A DNA stretch of 64,000 nt, from NCBI RefSeq assembly GCF_006345805.1, contig NC_043000.1, positions 141,050,001 through 141,114,000 of the forward strand, given 5' to 3'. This document shows positions 12,466 through 25,239 of this stretch, piece by piece (position 1 is the stretch's first letter; each line of letters opens with the position of its first letter). A program made the position numbers and the translations under genes. Source of the DNA: Octopus sinensis. Its lineage: Eukaryota. Below the pieces are notes generated by a model. It searched no databases and was not told the DNA's origin. It saw only the letters and a program-made list of their open reading frames with translations.

Positions 12466-13074
12466 CACATGTGACGGTTGATTTTCTGATTCGAATGATA
12501 ATTACTTAAGATCTCATTTAATGCTATATGGAAATGCTTGTTTCTTAATTGTTCAATCCATATTAGTGCCATCCCTGATCCCAGTAGTTTGTGATATTTA
12601 CTATTTATTTCAAACTCATTCATTCACAATTCATATGAATTATTGTAACAAAAAGCTTGAATTAAACGGACAACTTTCCTGTAACTAGAATATAAATAAG
12701 AGTTGTCCATTTAATTTGACTGATGCATAAAATAGTAATGCAGAATGATTGTAGGGTAGATAAAGTAAAATGCTTAAGATATAGAAATTATTACATTATA
12801 GCAAATTATCCAGTACTTTTAATTCATATAAATTTCATATGTCTTCTTAACTTTTGTGGGGTGTTATTTAAGAGAATCTATTTCCATGAGCCAAAATTAA
12901 TTTACTCTGTTCTGATTTAATGGCCTTGTAGCTGTTTCTGGTTTTGGTATTACTTAATATTTGAAACATTAAATTTCTATAGGCGCATTTGTTTAACATG
13001 ACAATATGCAGATATTACTATTAAGATTCATAACTAAATGAATCTTGTCATGCTATACAGCTATTAGAAAACAG

Positions 13075-13290
13075 AAAATATCATCATCATCAGTTTCATC
13101 ATCATAATTTTCATCATCATCATCGTCATCCCCATTATCATCAACATTATCATCGTTATCATCTTCATCATTTAATGTCTGTTGTCCATGCTTGCACGAG
13201 TTGGATGGTTTGACCAGGGCTGGCAAGCTGAGGGACTGTATCAGAGGGACAGAACTTAAAACTACATTTGGGAAGCAAACATTTCCATAA
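13075..13290 (-). mobile_element. Degenerate RTE 3' end with expanded (CAT)n tail
   Basis: TTTAATGTCTGTTGTCCATGCTTGCACGAGTTGGATGG matches the reverse RTE tail. Confidence 0.6.
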
Positions 13291-13299
13291 CACAACTGT

Positions 13300-13646
13300 A
13301 TGTGTGTGTGTGCATGTGTGAGTGTGTAATATATATATCATATAATCATCATTATTGCCACCACCACCGTCTTACATATGTATTTTTGTATGTATGCTTA
13401 TATATATGTGTGTGTGTATATATGAGTGTATGTATATGTGTATGTATGTGTATATATATATATGTATGTGTATGTATATATATATATGTATGGTATGTAT
13501 GTATGTATGCATATATATATATGTATGTGTATATATATATATATGTATGTATATATATATGTGTGTGTGTATGTGTATCTATCTCTATATATATATGTAT
13601 ATATATATATATACGAGAGTATTGTAGTTCGCTTGAAGCATTGTAC

Positions 13647-13682
<36 letters not shown>
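13300..13682. repeat. Compound (TA)n/(TG)n microsatellite
   Basis: Directly visible. Confidence 0.9.
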
Positions 13683-13686
<4 letters not shown>

Positions 13687-14714
13687 AATAAGAAAATGGA
13701 GAGGATATAAAATCGACAAACATCAGCCAGTAAACATTCCATTATATCTATTTATGAAATAAGAAACGTGTGTAAGTGGTACAAGTAAACGAATAAGATC
13801 ATCCAATAAATACGTAAATAGATATATAGAGAGAGATGAATGAATAATAATAGATGATTGTACAGATACAAATCCCTTACAGCCGTTTCTACCATGGGGC
13901 CTCAGAATCTTTCAAGACATCTTCATCACATCAGTGATATACCGGGGTGAACAAACATTGGACAGAGACTGGATAATGCTTGAGCCTGAAGGCTTCTTCA
14001 GAGAGTACAACATGTTAGGAAACTAACATGTGAGGAATTCAGTTAGAATAATAGAGTAAGGTAAAATAAGATAAGAGAATAGAATAAATAAGGATGAAAG
14101 ATGTAATAGACAGGATTAGGAAAAGTGAAAACTTCATTTTAAGATGTTATTATAATCCATGCTATTCCATCCTGTAGTAAGTAAATAAGTAAAGTCACTC
14201 TCAGGAGATATATCCATAGGCTGTGGTTTACATCATATTTCTATTATACTGAGGGATATAGTGAAGGTATTATGCTATGTGGTGAGTTTTATGGTATGGT
14301 CCATGCTACAGGGGTCAGAGGTTAGAGGCTACATGCTATTTAATAGATATAGCATTATGCAAGGAGTTGGCAGAAATAACTTAAATTGAAACTGTGAGGG
14401 GAAAATTAATATATAAGTACATTAAGGAAAGAAAATCTGGGTAAAACTTCAGTGTGATGTTAATATTTGTTACTTTTTGGCCATAAACTAATCCCAATAC
14501 TCCTATGCATAGCAGTGGGAGGTCAAAGTCAAACCTACAACCTAATTGGTCAGTTAACATTTTAAAACAATGGTGCTCTTCAGGTCCATTAGGACTATCA
14601 ATAAATTACAAGACCAGTAAAACAAAAGGATAAAATAAAAAACAGAATAGAGATAATTATAAGAATACATATAAATATAAGAATATTTAAGACATGAATA
14701 ATCAAGTGGGTCCT

Positions 14715-15275
14715 TACTTCTATGCCCTTCCCAACACCAATCATTCAGAGAATGTTATGGGTGCTTTTACTAGCACGGGTGCCATTTGCATGACACCAGG
14801 GTGCATTTATGTGCTACTGGCATGGATGCCGATTTGCATGAGACCAGTATCTGCTATGACTGCAATTTTTCTCAGCTTTATGGGTTTTCCTCTCAAGCAA
14901 AACATAATGCCAAAAGGATTTGGTCATTGCCTTTGTGAGGCGCAACACTCAAAAGGAACTCAGCTACTTTGCCTCTGTGGGGCCCAATGCTTGAAAGGAA
15001 CTCAACCACTAGCTTCTGTGAGACCCAACGTTCAAAAGATGTTCTTTATGTACCAACAGCGTGGCTTGATGGGCCCTCTCAAGAGCAGCACATTGCCAAA
15101 GGTCTCAGTTACCAGTTTGAAGATCATGCTTCACCACCTTGTCCCATGTCTTCTTGTGTCTACCATAGGTTCCCTTCACAGTTAGAAATCGGCACTTCTT
15201 TACGCAGCTGTCCTCGTCCATATGCATCATATGACCATACCAACGCAGTCGTCTCTCTTGCACACCACATCTGAT
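14715..15275 (-). mobile_element. RTE fragment (ORF C-terminus plus 3' UTR)
   Basis: CGVQERRLRWYGHMMHMDEDSCVKKC...KTWDKVVKHDL matches the RTE C-terminus seen at 23118 and 33022. Confidence 0.8.
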
Positions 15276-16744
15276 TTCACCCCTGAAAATCTGAAAATCC
15301 ACAAAGTAGAAACAGTACTGTATTACATATTTAAAAAAAATTATTTTTATAATTTGTATAGATTTATTTTATCATAAAAGCAAAACAACACCATGGAGGA
15401 ATCGATGTAAGCTTAAATAATAAACTGTGATAGATGAACTGCAATTGCTGAACCATAATATGGCAAGGATTACTGCATTTGTGTGTGTGTTGCATACATA
15501 AATACATACATACATAGTCTCTAATAGCCCAACTATACAGCAGGCTGTACTGGTTTGCATGTTACCAGTAGCACTGAAGAGCTCTCTGATACCACATACA
15601 CACACATAAATGCAAGAAACCTCCATAAACTAGAAACCCTTAAACAAGTATTAAACTTACAGCATACACGGAAAGTATATAGTGTTTCTGTTGTGTCTGG
15701 GGAGAGTCATTCTCTGTTAGTGCCTTATTATTTGATACACTCACCGGTAAAATTTCCACTTATTTCTTATTTTTATTTTCTAAAATTTTCATTGCGTGTT
15801 ACAACATTTCAATAGTCTTGACTATTGTGTGTTAAATAATAAGGCACTAAAAGAGAATGACTCTCCCCAGACACAACAGAATATGCTTCAACACACGAAC
15901 TCATATAAAGAATCTTGCAAACCAATCCAAAAACGAAATTTAGTGTTTCATTTTGGTTGTAAACTAAACTACATGTATTAGTTAGTTGTGTGATTTGCAG
16001 TGTAGTACTTTGAGTTTATTTTATATACCATTAGATAAGTGAATGTTTCTTTGTATGCTAAACTGTTAAATTGATCAGATAATTTCAAGATTTTTTCATT
16101 ATGTTGCAGTTGTGCTTCAGTGCATGTATGGAAACAAACTATTAACTTATTCACTTAGTAATAACACCTCTCCAAAAAGCATTTGATAATCTTCAGCAAA
16201 TGTAGAATATAAACTCAGAACTCAGTATGAAAGTAAAGCAAAATACTTTGAAATGTTTTCATTTCAAATACACCTTACAAATAATGTTTTTTTCATTTTT
16301 TTTTATTTTGGTGACTATTTCAATTTTTTTTCTTTCTCATTCTATAACCAATAAACTTGTTTACAAACTAACTAAACACTTGAGTCAGCTGTTTGGTGAT
16401 GATAAAATGATATCTTTTTATAAACTCTGCTTGACCTTGTCTGACATTTCTAATTGTGTGCTACTGGAAGAATATCTTGAAATAGAATTTCAGTACAAAT
16501 ACCAAATTGCACTATTTCTTTTTTAGAAAACAATTTTATTCCCTGTTTGTGTAAAGCTAAAAGCGAAAAATAACAAATGCAGATGACTCTCCATCACCTT
16601 CTGCCTCCACCCCACAAAAATAGATTCTGCAAACTTCTAGAACTTGTAAAATATATACTATATTTTCCAATATCAAAGATTCTTTGACCTTAAAGACACA
16701 GCCCCAATTTTGGTTTGAGAATTTTGAAGATAAGATAAACCCAA

Positions 16745-16978
16745 AAAGGTGGCGAGCTGGCAGAAACGCTAGCACGCCGAGCAAAATGCTTAGCGGTATT
16801 TTGTCTTCCGTTACGTTCTGAGTTCAAATTCTGCCGAGGTCGACTTTGCCTTTCATTCTTTCGGGGTCGATATATTAAGTACCAGTTACTCACTGGGGTC
16901 GATGTAATCGACTTAATTCCTTTGTCTGTCCTTGTTTGTCCCCTCTATGTTTAGCCCCTTGTGGGCAATAAAGTAATA
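16745..16978 (+). mobile_element. SINE family A monomer
   Basis: Same head and body as 11386; flanking direct repeat ATAAGATAAACCC. Confidence 0.9.
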
Positions 16979-18347
16979 AGATAAACCCCAAAATCTAAAT
17001 CCTTTTAGTGGCTTACTGATATAAAGATTCTGTTGATTTCTTGCTGTCCTCATCTTTTTCTTTTGTTAAACACTATAAGTTTAGCAGAGTTAACCTACCT
17101 ATGGGGTTAAAATTGGCTGATGAAATATGTTACTTTTACCACTAGGATGGATGTTAAATTTTCTCGACATATTTTATTAAAAAAAGCATAAAGAAAAGTG
17201 TATCCCCACTGCTGAGAAATACAGTAACAATCTGTTATTCACAAGGGTGGCTTTTCATAAGGGGTTCCAAAAGTAACAAAAATTTGACTGTGTGATGATG
17301 AAAAGAAAAAGAATGAAATGGCAGAAGAGTTATTTTTGAAAGACAAATAACTGCTAGTTGATAAATTGATTATTGAAATTTCAATCAGCAATTCACAAGC
17401 TAGACTGGTTGAAGCAGAGTTGTATATACCAGGTAAATCTAGTTCAAATCCTCAGTTCACCCAGCTATAACTTGGTCGCAAGGGAAATGTTGCTTTGCAA
17501 AGTATAATTGTACTACTGATATTTTCGTCAATTTTGTGATGTTATGCTCAAAACCTGACATGACTTTAGACTATGGGCATTGTTCACTTACTTTAGATAT
17601 ATTACATGGCATGACATTGTAGGTACTTCTGCTGACATGGTTTAGATTTTAGCATTGCTAATTTTAGTGTCATTAGTTTGGAGATGGTAAAAATCTTCAC
17701 TAAAAGGTTAAGTTTCACACACATTTAATTTTGAAACTGCCTTTTGTGAATATCTCTTAAAGCTTAAGGAAAACATTCTAAGACTTAAGACCAAATAAGA
17801 AATTTTATATAAGTTTCATGCGTATGAATTTGTTAAATAAAGAATCCTAATTTTTCTGTGTATAAGTGCCTACCTACAGCTCAGTTGCATACCTATGTTA
17901 GTACTAAAAAAGTTATTTCATCCTTTCTATAACTGACAAAAAATTTTCAGTGATGTTATGATGATATTACTTTTGAAAGAGTCATACTATAAGTAACTGA
18001 GAGAGAGAGAGAGGGGGAGAAGGAGAGAGAGATAGAGATAATTATGTTTGATGGATTACAAAAAATGACAGTTTCCACTGCTTGGGTTACGAATAACTGA
18101 AGAGATTGATAACTTTTATACTACAGGAGTTGACTTATCATTGGTTTTTAAGCTGCCACAGAACAGCTTAACAATAACAGGGAGGAATAGATTTTTTTTC
18201 TCTCATGATCTGATCATGAATTAACCTTCATGAGCTCTCTGAGATTTGTGAGCTTGATGTGATGTTTTACTTGAACAATTGTATGAACATATGGGTAAAA
18301 GTTTGGTGGTGGTTAGTAGACTGGTCTGGGATGGGCATAGGTTAGAC

Positions 18348-18566
18348 CAGTGGTTTTCAACCAGGGTTCCGCGGAACCTTAGGGTTCTGCCAGTACAGTC
18401 CAGGGGTTCCGCAAGAAGTTACAAAACTGCTAAAATCGGCAGTAATTTTTAATTTTCCTATGCAGACATGTGTGCATAAGACTATTAAATTATTGCACAG
18501 GGGTTTCCTGAGCCAGTGGAATGTTTCCTTGGGGTTCCGCTCCAGCAAAAAGTTTGAAAAGCACTG
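18348..18566. mobile_element. hAT (Charlie-type) MITE
   Basis: Termini CAGTGGTTTTCAA / TTGAAAAGCACTG and exact 8-bp TSD GGTTAGAC (18340-18347, 18567-18574). Confidence 0.9.
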
Positions 18567-19527
18567 GGTTAGACTCTATGGGTAACAAAAGGAGAAGAGA
18601 GATGGGGCTTGTACCAGGTTGTACTAATTTTGTAAATCTTCACTCAGTTGAAGCATGTAAGTTTGAAAGGTTTATCAATTTGTTTATTTTTTTCATAGTA
18701 AAGAATGAAATGGTGAGGCCAATTAAAGAATTCAGGATTAGAAAACAAACTTAGTAGTTTTCACCTGTCGAGCAAACGTAGAGCTTCTTGTTCCCTAAAC
18801 CAAAATTGGGAACAATGTGTGATAGAACTTGAGAAATTAAAATGGTACATATGTATTAGATAAATATCCAACATCTTTCAGTTTATATTAAGTTTCAGTG
18901 TCTTAAATTTTTATGTGAGACTATGAAAAGGGATATGCCTTCATCATATACTATGGAAATAGTTAAGAGCATATAGAGCCAAGGTGGGCATATCTATGTG
19001 GCTGGTTGATTTGTTAGAAATAGGAGACAAATCACTCCATTTCATATCTTCTGTTCATAAATAAAGGATACGTTAGATAATGTTATACATAACTCTAAAA
19101 TGATAAGATAGCCGTGATGGGATGCCTTGATTATAGCTTTATTGGATCAAAGTTAACCTTGATCTAAAAATCAAGAAATGAGAGAAAAGCAACATCTCTG
19201 ACAAAATGCATTGAAATATTTATAGATTCCTATTGACAAGGATTTATTGGTAAAAACGTATTCTCAAAGAACAGATATGGCTTATTGGTTTTAGATCAGA
19301 AAATTTAATGTTCAGAAATAGCAAATTAAGAATTTGATTCCAGCTAGAATAATTTCCTTTCACTTGTGTTGCTAATATCATTTGAGAAATACATGAATAT
19401 CACATCCCACTTTCCTGTCACTCATGAAAATATTAGACCACATATATTTGACACATGGAAAAGTCAAGGAATCTCCTTTTTGTCGGTTTACTAAGACATT
19501 GTAGAGTAACTACCATCACACAAATAC

Positions 19528-19747
19528 CTATTTCTTTATTACCCACAAGGGGCTAAACACAGAGGAGACAAACAAGGACAGACAAACGGATTAAGTCAAT
19601 TCTATCTACCCCAGTGCGTAACTGGTACTTAATTTATCGACCCTGAAAGGATGAAAGGCAAAGTCGACGTTGGCGGAATTTGAACTCACAACGTAACGGC
19701 AGACGAAATACGGCTATGCATTTTGCCTGGCGTGCTAACGTTTCTGC
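19528..19747 (-). mobile_element. SINE family A monomer
   Basis: Reverse copy with 15-bp TSD CCATCACACAAATAC. Confidence 0.9.
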
Positions 19748-21419
19748 CATCACACAAATACGGTTGAGTAATTGCAAGGGTAAAAGAAACAGAAGACCTA
19801 TATCTGTTGATAAATTTTCTGTCCTTAAAAAAATACATCCTTCATCTTCTTCAATTTGATAATACACAGATCTAATTATCTTTATGGAAGGTGGTGGTGG
19901 TGGTGGGATTCTTGATTGGAATTTTGAACAGAACTAAGTGCTTGATGCAGCTACTTAGTTACTTTTCTACAACTGTTTGTAAGTTTAAGTGTTAGTTATA
20001 GCTGTTCTGGTGTTTGATACAACTGTGTTTGATACTGTCTATGTGTTTGAAAACAATTATCTGGTGCTTGATCTAACTGCTTGGATGTCTGATGTAACTG
20101 TTCTCAGACATCCTTAAAACACCAACGCAAACAACAAAACCAAATGAACAAACACCAAAGCAGCTACATTTTTTTGTGGTTGTTTGAGTACAAAGTGTAA
20201 TACTGCGTAATAGCATATCATGGGAAATTAAATGAGGAGGATATGCAAAGGCTGGGAAGAAATGAGGTAAGCAGCATTTTCTACTGGCTGTATAATGTTA
20301 GAGTGCATAAACAATAGAACACAAATGAACTGAGGAAAAGATTTGGTATAAAATAAGATGCAGGATTCACAGGTGAGGGATAGACATGTAATGCATATAG
20401 TGAATGAAAATTAGTGAGAAAATGACGATGGGATCTAAGTGGAAGGAGCCAAGAAAAGTATAAGATGGGAGAAGACATGGAAAGAAATGGTGAAAAATGA
20501 TCTCAAAATTCTGAGCCTTTCAAAGTAGATGGTAAAGAACCACTACAAATGGTCACATACCATTACAGAGAAAACTTGTCTGAACCATGCAAGTCTTGAA
20601 ATGCTGATATAATATTATGGCAATGATTACATGTTGGATTAGGAAAATGATGGTAATGGTGCAAAATATTAATACCGATTTCTGATTTTGGTACAAGAAT
20701 GCACAAGCATCTTGAATAGAATATATTCAATTGAATCAGTATAATGATATGAAGAGTTCTTGATTTATCTCTATGAAAAGGGATGGAAGTCAAAGTTTCA
20801 AAGTTGACCACAATGAGATTTGTATTTAGTTCATAGAGGAAGGGAACTAAATACTAATGTGGCCCTCTTCCATTTCTGCCAATCCACTATGCCTAAGAAA
20901 CAAAACATTATTACCAACAATAATAATGTTGATAGTTTCAGAAATAATAATAATAAGAGCAGAAGGCTTTCTTCACTATTCATCAGTTTCTGCTGTATAT
21001 TTCCTTTTAATTACCAAGATATTTGGCATATTTAGGTTGTTATTTCATTCACAATGGAATGTTTCACTGTCTGCATCTGCACTAAATGCATAAATCAAGA
21101 CACCAATTTGATTGTTCTCTCAGACTTAGGCCTCTGTCAAGATTTATCTCATTAGATTATGTGCCAAGTTTATTACAGTCAAATCTTTAGCATTGCCACT
21201 TCTACAATTTGCCTATTTCTTGCTACAGCAGCAAGAAAATGTTAAATAGACGAATGCTGCTAATTTCATGATACTTCAGATTGAAACACTTTGCAGCAAT
21301 CTTCAACACTACCATGCATTATCTCTTCCTCTTCTCTTCTTTCTTTCATTGTTTGTTTGTTTGTTTGCTTCTTTCTTTCTTTCTGTCTTTGTCTCTCTCT
21401 CTCGTGTTCTTAATTCTAT

Positions 21420-21706
21420 TTAATTTTCAGTTCTATATTTTAAAGATGAGGAATTATGTACATTATGTACATTATTTACAAATACATTTGACGGATATTC
21501 GTCCTCAACTTGTTTGTTGTTAACACAATGTTTCGGCTGATACACCCTCCAGCCTTCATCAGGTGTCTTGGAGAAATTTCGAACCTGGGTTCCTAAGGTA
21601 TTTTTCAATGTTATTATTATTATTATTATTATTCAGGCCACTGCCTGGAATCGAACTCAGAATCTTGGGGTTAGAAGCCCATGCTCTTAACCACTACACC
21701 ATATGT
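21420..21706 (-). mobile_element. tRNA-headed SINE family E with (AAT)n spacer and hammerhead-like motif
   Basis: Head GGACATATGGTGTAGTGGTTAAGAGC...GAGTTCGATTCC, then (AAT)n, then GACAC-CTGATGA-A-GGCTG..CAGCC-GAAACAT-T-GTGTT. Confidence 0.75.
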
Positions 21707-22237
21707 CCTCATCAGCTATAAGTTGATGAATCTGAGGGCCTACAAATATTCCCTTTCTGATCTTGGCATCACTTATTTTAGGGAAGATCGCCTTGAGGTA
21801 CTGGAAACATGGCTTGTTATGTTGCAGTGTTTTGGTAAATTGCTTCATTAGGCCTAGTTTTATGTGCAGTGGTGGAAAAATGATTTTCTCCTTAACTAGA
21901 GGCTCATGATTTACATTAAGGCATCCAGGTGTCATAGTTTCTTGAGTTGGCCATTCTGAGCATACATAATGTTCTGATCTGGCCCTGTTGTCCTACTTGC
22001 AAAGGAAGCACATAGACTTGATGTATCCAGTTTGTAGCCCATTAAGTAGGGCGACTACTTTCAAGTCCACAAATTAGCCACTCATGCTCCTTGTAACTTA
22101 TGCAGTTTAGAATAAAAGTGAGGTTCACATATGTCTCTCTTAAAATGACTGAGTGAGCAATTGGAACAGAAGGCATGTGTTCCCAATGTGCAACAGAACC
22201 ACTTTTATGCTGTAAATAACCTCACTATATGAATAAC
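21707..22237 (-). pseudogene. CMC-Chapaev3-like transposase fragment (central/catalytic part)
   Basis: KVVLLHIGN, YKEHEWLICG(D)LKVVALL, CFLC..D.RAR..HY and PPLHIKLGLMKQF..GIFVGPQI; one frameshift and one stop. Family name from recalled motifs. Confidence 0.75.
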
Positions 22238-22238
22238 T

Positions 22239-22312
22239 GTGGGCATATGGCATAGTGGTTAAGAGCATGGGCTACTAACCGCAAGATTCCGACATTGATT
22301 CCAGGCAGGGAC
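22239..22312 (+). mobile_element. Head of a second SINE family E copy, interrupted by an RTE; resumes at 24227-24580
   Basis: GGGCATATGGCATAGTGGTTAAGAGC...CCAGGCAGGGAC joins to TGAATAATAAT (24227) and AACATCGAAAAATACC...CCCAGGTTCG, colinear with 21420-21706. Confidence 0.75.
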
Positions 22313-24226
22313 ATCATCATCATCATCATCATTTAGCGTCCGCTTTCCATGCTAGCATGGGTTGGACGGGTCAACTGGGATCTGTGAGGCTGGAAGGCTT
22401 CGTCAGGCCCAGTCAGATCTGGCAGTGTTTCTACAGCTGGATGCCCTTCCTAATGCCAACCACTCCGCGAGTGTAGTGGGTGTTTTTTTTTTACGTGCCA
22501 CCTGCACAGGTGCCAGACAGAGCTGGCGAACGGCCATGAACGGACGGTGCTTTTACGTGTCACCGGCACGGGGGCCAGCCGAGGCTGACAACGAACATGA
22601 ACGGATGGTGCTTTTACGTGCCACCGACACGGGGCCAGACAGAGCTGGCAAACGGCCACGAAACGGACGGTGCTTTTACGTGTCACCGGCACGGGGGCCA
22701 GCCGAGGCTGGCAATGGACGCGAACGGATGGTGCTTTTACGTGCCACCAACACGGCTGCCAAACAGAGCTGGCAAACGGCCATGAACGGACAGTGCTTTT
22801 ACGTGTCACCGGCACGGGGGCCAGCCGAGGCTAGCAATGGACACAAACGGATGGTGCTTTTACATGCCACCGACATGGGGCCAGTCAGAGCTGGCAAACG
22901 GCCACGAACGGACGGTGCTTTTACGTGTCACTGGCACGGGGCCAGGCGAGGCTGGCAACGAACACGAACGGATGGTGCTTTTATGTGCCACCGACACGGG
23001 GGCCAGGCAGAGCTGGCAAACGGCCCGGCACGGGTGCCAGACGAGACTGACAGCAGACACGAACGGATGGGTCACTTAACCCCTGCTTTCTGATATACGA
23101 TTTGATTTTGATTGTTCTCATTGGTCTTGCCGGGTCTTCTCACGCACAGCATACTTCCATAGGTCTCGGTCTCTGGTCATTTCCTTGGTGAGACCTAGAG
23201 TTCGAAGGTCGTGCTTCACCACCTCGACCCAGGTTTTCCTGGGTCTACCTCTTCCACAGGTCCCCTCAACTGCCAGGGTGTGGCACTTTTTCACACACCT
23301 ATCTTCATCCATTCTCGCCACATGACCATACCAGCGCAATCGTCTCTCTTGCACACAACATCTGATGCCTCTTAGGTCCAACTTTTCTCTCAAGGTACTT
23401 ACACTCTGTCGACTATGAACACTGACATTACACATCCAACGGAGCATACTAGCTTCATTTCTCGCGAGCTTACGCATGTCCTCAGCAGTCACGGCCCATG
23501 TTTCACTGCCATGTAGCATGGCTGTTCGTACACATGCATCATACAGTCTGCCTTTTACTCTGAGCGAGAGGCCTTTAGTCACCAACAGAGGTAAGAGCTC
23601 CCTAAACTTTGCCCAGGCTATTCTTACTCTAGCCGTTACACATTCAGCACACCCACCCCCACTACTGACTTGGTCACCAAGATAACGGAAGCTATCAACT
23701 ACTTCTAGTTTTTCCCCCTGGAAAGTGACGGAAGTTGTTTTCTGCAGATTTTCAGAGGTTAATGCTCCCGAGCATCTGCCACATACAAAAACCATCTTCC
23801 TAGTTAGCCTTCCTATGACATTGCTGCACCTCTTATGTGTCCATAGCTTACACTTGGTGCATCTTATAGAGTTTCTACCTACACCTTTTCTACAGATCGA
23901 GCAGGGCCATCTACCTGAAGGCGTTTGTGATTTGTCTACCTTCCTACTTATTACGATTTTGGTTTTAGCTAGGTTGACTCTAAGGCCCTTCGATTATAAA
24001 CCATGCTTCCACACCTGGAACTTCTTCTCCAGTTCTGATAATGACTCAGCAATTAGAGCAAGGTCATCAGCATAGAGGAGCTCCCAGGGGCATCCTGTCT
24101 TGAATTCCTCCGTTATTGCCTGGAGGACTATGATAAATAGGAGAGGGCTGAGGACTGAGCCTTGGTGGACCCCTACCTCTACCCAGAATTCTTCACTGTA
24201 CTCATTGCCAACCCTCACCTTACTAG
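22313..24226 (-). mobile_element. 5'-truncated RTE-clade LINE, near-intact RT C-terminal ORF
   Basis: GVHQGSVLSPLLF, LLYADDL, a Cys/His finger and RRLRWYGHV in one frame with a single premature TAA at 23994; 3' UTR array; (GAT)n tail. Confidence 0.95.
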
Positions 24227-24244
24227 TGAATAATAATAATAATA

Positions 24245-24345
24245 GAAAATGATACCAGGCTTACCATCCCCACAGGAAGTGCAAAACAATCATGTTAACT
24301 GGAATAGCTCATGTACTGAGAAGAGCATTATCGCTGTGGATACAA
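24245..24345 (+). mobile_element. Short 3' fragment of a restriction-like-endonuclease LINE in (AAT)n
   Basis: EVQ..MLTGIAHVLRRALSL resembles the C-terminus LFGTARIIRKVL at 48020-48070. Confidence 0.4.
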
Positions 24346-25239
24346 CATCCATTCATGAATTTATTTATTTATTAATTTTTTTAATACATATTTTACCTGT
24401 GAATTTGCGTGTGTAATCTGGGAATGCATGCAATGTGTTTCACTGCCCTAGGTGTATGGAAAACACTTGGCAAGAAATGGAAGAGAATTTGAAGAAAGAA
24501 GGAAAAAATAATAATGATAATAACATCGAAAAATACCGAAGGAATGAGAACCCAGGTTCGACATTTCCACAAGACATCTATTTAACTTTCGTTTAAAGCT
24601 TTCTCTTTTTACTTTCTTTCTTGCTGTTCCCCCTTTTACTCATTTTTCTTGATCTTTCCCTGATTTTTCTCTTTTTCCACTCTTTTCTCTCGTCTCTTCA
24701 CTTCTCAAAGTCACCAAAATTTATTCTCACAGTTATCTTTATTTTCTTCAATCTCACCTTCATTCATTCATTCATTCTCACCTACTTACTTATACATTCA
24801 CATCAGTCTTTTCTTTCACTTCTTAACATTCTTTCTCTCTTTTTCTCTCACTAACTCCTTTTTCTTACACCCTCTTTACCACCTTTTATTTTCTTTCATT
24901 TAATTCTATCAGTTTTTCTTACCTATTTATCTCTCTATTTTTCATTCTGTCAGTCTTTCTGACATACACAACTCCTAACTTGATCACCTCTTAATAATAG
25001 CCTAAACTCTGTCTCCAAAAATATCCTGCTGTGTTAACAAAAGGACTCATTGGATAAGACAGTATTTTGATACTCTTAAAGCTGTTCCTGTCAGTTATGC
25101 ACAAAATATTCAGAGTTGACATGCTTTTAATCATAGGCCACATGGAGGATCAAAACTAACCTAGGGTTAAATAACAATTTAAACATTACTCCTATCCTTA
25201 TTATTATCATGCCACCATAATCATTACATCACTTTCATC

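Noticed and set aside
13865-13935. Possible hammerhead/Penelope end on the minus strand
   Set aside because: Core is interrupted and stem I cannot be formed.
22490-23075. CRISPR-like regular array
   Set aside because: No unique spacers (units alternate A/B), eukaryotic context, inside an RTE UTR, no cas genes.
22362-23093. 243-aa ORF and similar ORFs at 5591-6293, 7416-7964, 33144-34504 and 51018-51351
   Set aside because: They lie in GC-rich RTE 3' UTR repeats; no domain motifs, and frames are not conserved between copies.
24590-24960. Pyrimidine- or purine-rich tracts (also 9690-9920, 10740-11110, 45700-45930) as triplex-forming elements
   Set aside because: Imperfect low-complexity sequence with no clear mirror symmetry.
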